NCBI GenBank assembly: GCA_964429315.1
Contig: CAYSBQ010000001.1
Span: forward strand, 1 to 54,767
From: an uncultured Desulfobacterales bacterium
GTDB lineage: Bacteria > Desulfobacterota > Desulfobacteria > Desulfobacterales > C00003060
DNA length: 54,767 bases
Direction of reading: 5' to 3'
Below the pieces are notes generated by a model. That model saw only the letters and a list, made by a program, of their open reading frames with translations. It was not told where the DNA came from and made no database searches. The first letter of the stretch is position 1; the number at the start of each line of letters is the position of its first letter. A program made the position numbers and the translations under genes. This document shows positions 50,408 through 54,767 of this stretch, one piece after another.

Positions 50408-51157
50408 ATGCCTAAAAAATCATCTGCACTCCCACTCGTAGCTGGCGGCGCTGCCCTGCTCATGATTTCTTCTGGGAAGAAGAAAAAGAAGAAGGCATCT
50501 GGCCATCGTTCTCGTTGGGGAGTTTTGGTCAGCAAGGATTGCAACTCGGTAGAGGTTGTCGACTCTGTCATGTTCCAGAGGTTTACCTACGGGGCATACG
50601 ACGAGCTTGTGTCGATCGATCCAAGTCTCTCCTTGATTCAAATCACCGATGCTCTTTTCGGTGAGGTGGCCCCCGAGTGTTCCGGATTCCCCGAGGAGCC
50701 AGAGAGCGCGGAGGTCGCTGAGCTTTACGCCGTGATTGCACGTGGTGTGGCTTCTTATCTTGCGACCGATCCACGAACGAAGGATTCCATGGGGAGCCTC
50801 GTAGACGAGGCTACGCAGATCTCCTTCATCGACTGGTATCGCGGATGGAGAAACTATCCATCCGCTGACCTTCCGAACGGGCCGTCAGGACAAGTTGTTT
50901 TCTCAAGCGATATGTCCAACTATAAAATCGGCGACAGCTGGTTCGAGGATATCGTTCGTCCATTCGTTCAGCATGAACAAAATGAGGGCCGTCTCGAGTT
51001 CGCATTTGAAGACTTTGTGAACGAGCTGGGCGTGAAGGTCGGGCAATTTGCGATGCCTATCAAAGAGCTTCCGCAGGACGCTCCGACCGTTCAGGATTTC
51101 ATGAACAAGCTAGAGCAGGCCATCGATATGGCCACAGCCGAAGTATTCAAGGGATGA
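50408..51157 (+). CDS. GG-helix/poly-Lys module protein (249 aa)
   Basis: MPKKSSALPLVAGGAALLMISSGKKKKKKASG. ACGGAG SD. Confidence 0.75.
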   Translation: MPKKSSALPLVAGGAALLMISSGKKKKKKASGHRSRWGVLVSKDCNSVEVVDSVMFQRFTYGAYDELVSIDPSLSLIQITDALFGEVAPECSGFPEEPESAEVAELYAVIARGVASYLATDPRTKDSMGSLVDEATQISFIDWYRGWRNYPSADLPNGPSGQVVFSSDMSNYKIGDSWFEDIVRPFVQHEQNEGRLEFAFEDFVNELGVKVGQFAMPIKELPQDAPTVQDFMNKLEQAIDMATAEVFKG

Positions 51158-51579
51158 ACAAGGACGACATCGTACCGTTCGCCCTTTTGGGCGCAGGCCT
51201 ATTCCTTTTGGGAAAGGCTGCCAAAAAAGGTCCAAGAAAACTCAAGGACCGAACGGGGGAGGCGTGTGATCCAAAAGATAACGCTCCATATGGGTACGAG
51301 TGCGGACAAGTCGTCGGCGGATGGGAGCTGATGGAGGAGAAAGGTAAATTCCTCGGGTTCGGTCCATATAACAATCGAGACGGTGTCGATACGGCTCTCT
51401 CGAGACTTGGATTTTCCGGCGGGAACCTAAAGGGGTTCCAGATGTATATGTCTTTGATCTCCGAGTGGGATTTACGTAAAGATGGCCAGCTCGACAGCGA
51501 AACGATCGTGGCTCTAGAAGAAGCCGAAGGCCTACTGAACAGGGACGAGTGGGTTCCGCCAAGGGGTAATCAGCCATGA
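51154..51579 (+). CDS. GG-helix/basic module protein with a PG_binding-like segment (141 aa)
   Basis: MNKDDIVPFALLGAGLFLLGKAAKKGPRK, then ALSRLGFSGGNLKGFQMYMSLISEWDLRKDGQLDSETIVALEEA. ATGA overlap. Confidence 0.7.
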   Translation: MNKDDIVPFALLGAGLFLLGKAAKKGPRKLKDRTGEACDPKDNAPYGYECGQVVGGWELMEEKGKFLGFGPYNNRDGVDTALSRLGFSGGNLKGFQMYMSLISEWDLRKDGQLDSETIVALEEAEGLLNRDEWVPPRGNQP

Positions 51580-52100
51580 GCGAAGATGAATCCAACGCGC
51601 CAAACTCTTCAGAAGGAATGCTCCTCGAGCCCGAGAAGAAGACCCTTGGCTCATGGCTGCTCCCCGCTGCTCTCGCTGCAGGTGGCGCAGCTCTGGTCTA
51701 CAGGGCTGCGAAGAAGGGCGACAAGAAATCGAAGCCTTCGGCCTCTGCCCCCGCCGCTAGCGCTAGCGAGGTCGCGTTCTCTGCGAACCACAGTAGCTAC
51801 TCAATGGGAAAAGATTACGAGCAGCTTGTGCTCGAGCCGTATCTCGCAGAGCAGGCTGAAGATGGGAACCTGCATTTAAAGGGGCAGGGCTCTGGATTCG
51901 TCGGGTCCATTCCTATGGTCGAGAATCTAATGCTCGACCATACGCGCAAGACGGTCATTTCCGCATTCAAATCTACTCACAAGGTGAAGGTGGGCAAGGA
52001 GTTTGTACAGATCTCCGCCCTCCCTCAAGGCAAGACAGGCGTTCAGAAGTTCAACGACTGGATTGAAGAGAAAACAAAAAGTTTCCAGGAGAACTACTGA
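51576..52100 (+). CDS. GG-helix/basic module protein with a longer N-terminal extension (174 aa)
   Basis: ...KKTLGSWLLPAALAAGGAALVYRAAKKGDKKSK. ATGA overlap. Confidence 0.7.
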   Translation: MSEDESNAPNSSEGMLLEPEKKTLGSWLLPAALAAGGAALVYRAAKKGDKKSKPSASAPAASASEVAFSANHSSYSMGKDYEQLVLEPYLAEQAEDGNLHLKGQGSGFVGSIPMVENLMLDHTRKTVISAFKSTHKVKVGKEFVQISALPQGKTGVQKFNDWIEEKTKSFQENY

Positions 52101-52996
52101 TGGCATTCAATCTACTACCACTCCTCCTCATCGGCGGCGCAGCTGCCTACGTCGTCACTTCCGACAAGAAAAAGAAAGAGGAGGAGAAAGAGTGCCCGCC
52201 TACGACGACTGTATCCCTTGGCGAGCTTAGCTCCGTGAGCACTCGGGCTACGGAGAAGTTCGGTCATAATGAAGACCCTTCCAAGGAGGCTTCATTTCTC
52301 GTGAACGAGCTTTTGCCGAATGGCTGCTCGCGTGCGAGCAAGGATTCGACTTTCAAGATCAGCATTCCCGAGGCGGATAAATCATGGGAGCTTTCGATAC
52401 CTGACGCGTACATGCTCTTGTTCGCAAGCGGCATCAGCGTACGGGTACATGCGTCCAAGCTGACCGAGCCTCAGGCCAAGAAGCTATGGACCCGAGAGCT
52501 TGATTGGTACAAGAAGCTTACCGGTAAGAACTTCGACCCATCGGAGTCCGCCATGGAACTCGCCAAGCTGGTAGGCGAGGCTCTATTCGGCAAGGTGGGC
52601 GGTGGAAATACTTCGGAGGATCTAATCCCCGAGGATTCCTGTCCGGGAACTCTCATATACGATATTGACGAAGCTGAACTTATCAAGCTCACGGAGGCCG
52701 AGGCTCGAGGCAGGCAGCTAAGCCCGAACGACCCATTCAAGATCGCTGACGTCGTATTCGCAGCGGTTGCTCCGCCCACCTGCACGAAAAAGGATTTTGG
52801 TACGATCGTGACGATGAGCATATCGATCGGAGGCGGGCCCCAGGTGTCCAGGTCGACAGACTTGGCGGCCCTCTACGCGATGTTCGTCATTGACGCCGCC
52901 AAGTCCATCAACCTTGGGCCCGCTCAAATGGCTGCCGTGGAGAGCAAGGTGGCCTCAAACTACAAGAAGCTCACCGGAAAAGATCTCACGCTGTAG
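52100..52996 (+). CDS. GG-helix/poly-Lys module protein (298 aa)
   Basis: MAFNLLPLLLIGGAAAYVVTSDKKKKEEEKE. 1-nt TGATG overlap. Confidence 0.75.
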   Translation: MAFNLLPLLLIGGAAAYVVTSDKKKKEEEKECPPTTTVSLGELSSVSTRATEKFGHNEDPSKEASFLVNELLPNGCSRASKDSTFKISIPEADKSWELSIPDAYMLLFASGISVRVHASKLTEPQAKKLWTRELDWYKKLTGKNFDPSESAMELAKLVGEALFGKVGGGNTSEDLIPEDSCPGTLIYDIDEAELIKLTEAEARGRQLSPNDPFKIADVVFAAVAPPTCTKKDFGTIVTMSISIGGGPQVSRSTDLAALYAMFVIDAAKSINLGPAQMAAVESKVASNYKKLTGKDLTL

Positions 52997-53005
52997 GAGT
53001 CCAAA

Positions 53006-53473
53006 ATGGCAAAAAGCGCAGCACCACTACTACTTCTCGGCGGAGCCGCCTTGTTGCTTGTGAGCAGCAAGAAGAAAAAGAAATCGTCGAACAACGTATG
53101 CACGATCGCTCGTTCATACGAAGAGTTCAAAGCGATTCTCGACAGTAACGAGCGCGTCGAATACCCTGTTTCGTTTATCTTTTACCCGGATGGCGAAGAG
53201 GCTCGAGGTGAGCAACTTTGCAAGACCCTCGCTCCGCAAGGAATCCGCACGCTTGTTGTCAGCGCCGCGAACGAGGCCAAGTGGGCCTATGAGATGTTGG
53301 ATTCTGGAATGCTCCAACCAGGCAGTGCGCTGCCTGGGGTAGATGAGATGAAGAAAAAGGCTGAGGGTGTATGGATCGTTTACAGCGCCAGCGACACTCA
53401 AACCGGGATACCCTGGGACTCGATACCGTGGGATAACACAAAATCGATTCTCAGCATTCTGAAGGGGCTATAA
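53006..53473 (+). CDS. GG-helix/poly-Lys module protein (155 aa)
   Basis: MAKSAAPLLLLGGAALLLVSSKKKKKSS. TAGGAG SD. Confidence 0.75.
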   Translation: MAKSAAPLLLLGGAALLLVSSKKKKKSSNNVCTIARSYEEFKAILDSNERVEYPVSFIFYPDGEEARGEQLCKTLAPQGIRTLVVSAANEAKWAYEMLDSGMLQPGSALPGVDEMKKKAEGVWIVYSASDTQTGIPWDSIPWDNTKSILSILKGL

Positions 53474-53479
53474 TCCGTC

Positions 53480-54013
53480 ATGGCAAAAAGCGCAGCACCA
53501 CTACTAATTCTCGGCGGAGCCGCCTTGTTGCTTATGAGCAGCAAGAAGAAAAAGAGCAGCGGCAGCGGAACTCTTCCAGAATTTCCATATGGGACATTCG
53601 ATCCGAGCGCAGACGATCCCGTTTACGGCGGTGAAACTCCGGCACCGTCTAGCGGTGGGGCAGAAGCCGATACTGCGAAATGGACGGCCATCCAAAAAGG
53701 ATTGAAGATCCTCGGATACACCGAGGTTGGCCAGCCCACCGGAAAGCCCAATGCGGCGACCTATACAGCCATCAAGTTGTTCCAGAAGGATTGGAACACA
53801 ATGATCGGGTACATGACCAGCATCGACTCGCCAGCTGTCGGAAAAACGGTGTACACCACGACTGTCGAAGATGGCGCATGGGGCCCTGCGACCAAGTATC
53901 GATATGATAAGGCTATGAATGCGTTTGGGAACCCACCGTTTGAGGTGGAGGGCCTGCTCATGTCACTCAACAGCTTTCGCGATATGGCCGCAGAACTCAA
54001 AAAGAAATTCTAA
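53480..54013 (+). CDS. GG-helix/poly-Lys module protein with a PG_binding-like domain (177 aa)
   Basis: MAKSAAPLLILGGAALLLMSSKKKKSS, then IQKGLKILGYTEVGQPTGKPNAATYTAIKLFQKDWN...EDGAWGPATKYRYDKAMN. Confidence 0.75.
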   Translation: MAKSAAPLLILGGAALLLMSSKKKKSSGSGTLPEFPYGTFDPSADDPVYGGETPAPSSGGAEADTAKWTAIQKGLKILGYTEVGQPTGKPNAATYTAIKLFQKDWNTMIGYMTSIDSPAVGKTVYTTTVEDGAWGPATKYRYDKAMNAFGNPPFEVEGLLMSLNSFRDMAAELKKKF

Positions 54014-54016
54014 GTC

Positions 54017-54682
54017 ATGTTATTACCACTTCCACTCATTCTCTTTGGCGGCGGTGCCGTTCTCCTTCTAAGCGGAAAGAAGAGTAGATCTACTAGACCT
54101 ACCGTACCAAGCGGCGCAGGTGGAGGCGGAAGCTCAAGCTCAAGTGATGGCTCTGACAAGACTCCAGACGGCTACGGGTCAGAAGATGAATCCATCATTG
54201 GCGGCTCAAGCGACGACTCAAAAGCTCCTTTACGAGCTGACGGCGAGCCATGGCCATCGACGACCGGAGTCCATGACTCGTCATATCCAGAGCCCATGTG
54301 GTCACCAGTGCATGGTGAGTTGCCACAAGATTCAGGATTGTGGTGGTGGAAGCAGACGAAGCTTTACGTCCTTGGCTACAACCGTGGATTAGAGGACGGC
54401 GGTATCGACGGCATCCCTGGGGGTACGACCACCAAGGCAATAGCCTCATTCCAGTCTGAATGGAATTTTTTCGTGGATTATCTTAACAAGATCAACCCTT
54501 CTATTGTATACAAAGATCCGTACACGAAGATTTCCTCTGATGGTTACTGGGGTCACAATACGGACTTGCGAGTCAATAAGGCTCTCAGTAAGTTCAATGG
54601 AACCGATCCAATCTATGTCGAGGAGATAGGGAAAAGCGTCCCTACATTCCACGATATGATTGTCGAAATACAGAAGCTCTAA
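54017..54682 (+). CDS. GG-helix/basic module protein with a PG_binding-like domain (221 aa)
   Basis: MLLPLPLILFGGGAVLLLSGKKSRS, then LYVLGYNRGLEDGGIDGIPGGTTTKAIASFQSEWN...SSDGYWGHNTDLRVNKAL. Confidence 0.75.
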   Translation: MLLPLPLILFGGGAVLLLSGKKSRSTRPTVPSGAGGGGSSSSSDGSDKTPDGYGSEDESIIGGSSDDSKAPLRADGEPWPSTTGVHDSSYPEPMWSPVHGELPQDSGLWWWKQTKLYVLGYNRGLEDGGIDGIPGGTTTKAIASFQSEWNFFVDYLNKINPSIVYKDPYTKISSDGYWGHNTDLRVNKALSKFNGTDPIYVEEIGKSVPTFHDMIVEIQKL

Positions 54683-54712
54683 CCATCAGAGCCTAATCAA
54701 ACGGAACAACAG

Positions 54713-54767
54713 ATGGCATCTCCACTCCCACTTTTGATCGTTGGCGGCGCACTTCTTCTCATCAGCG
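54713..54767 (+). CDS. Start of a further GG-helix module protein (partial, runs off the window)
   Basis: The ATG at 54713 begins MASPLPLLIVGGALLLIS, which reaches the window edge. Confidence 0.6.
   Translation, partial: MASPLPLLIVGGALLLIS

Larger units (their letters stand above)
1..54767. mobile_element. Viral (phage or prophage) genome segment; candidate non-tailed, membrane-containing dsDNA virus of a Gram-negative-type host
   Basis: Very high coding density with 1-4 nt start/stop overlaps and long co-directional blocks. Replication genes are present (SF2 helicase, prim-pol/D5-type primase-helicase, RecT-like annealase, DEDD exonuclease), with three cell-wall hydrolase classes, tandem capsid-like paralogues and a long run of small membrane-anchored proteins. 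No terminase, portal, HK97-type capsid, tail or tape-measure gene recognised by eye. Confidence 0.6.

Overview
This gene-dense window of about 90 ORFs reads as a viral (phage or prophage) genome segment from a Gram-negative-type host, not ordinary chromosome. Gene calls rest on lipoboxes, peptidoglycan enzymes, frequent Shine-Dalgarno sites and 1-4 nt start/stop overlaps. All family assignments come from motifs read by eye, since no searches could be run.

Layout:
(i) 1-23849 is almost entirely minus strand. It holds many small unknown early-type genes plus these recognisable ones: macro domain, SLOG/DprA-like protein, RHH regulator, PG_binding+amidase_2 lysin, H1-like Lys/Ala-rich protein, degenerate N4/N6 methyltransferase-like protein, HTH protein, DEDD exonuclease, HExxH lipoprotein, Fis-type HTH, RecT/Redbeta-like annealase, a 764-aa AAA+ ATPase and a poly-acidic protein. 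A small plus-strand island (3635-5236) sits inside this block.
(ii) 24066-28608 (+) encodes an SF2 helicase and a prim-pol/D5-P4-type primase-helicase.
(iii) 28609-29826 is about 1.2 kb of mostly non-coding DNA with iteron-like TGGCCYA repeats, a (TA)n stretch and palindromes. It is a candidate origin.
(iv) 29827-54767 is a virion-like module. It starts with a P/Q-rich protein, a charged coiled-coil protein, a Gly-zipper membrane protein and a small beta-rich protein followed by a strong terminator. Next come three full-length tandem paralogues (candidate capsid proteins), a transglutaminase-like Cys-protease fold and a Cys/Pro-rich modular protein. A set of proteins with basic MTR[RK]..GR N-termini and Arg-rich C-termini follows, including a Dps-like ferritin. 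The module ends with an unbroken run of genes whose products begin with the same module: a short Gly/Ala/Leu hydrophobic helix followed by poly-Lys.

I recognise no terminase, portal, HK97 capsid or tail genes.

The most interesting signal is this apparent two-class N-terminal addressing system placed on otherwise unrelated proteins. One class is the hydrophobic GG-helix plus poly-K; the other is the basic MTRR leader. Its context suggests a large, non-tailed, internal-membrane virus with multiple capsid paralogues, a packaged Dps, and a protease/inhibitor pair.
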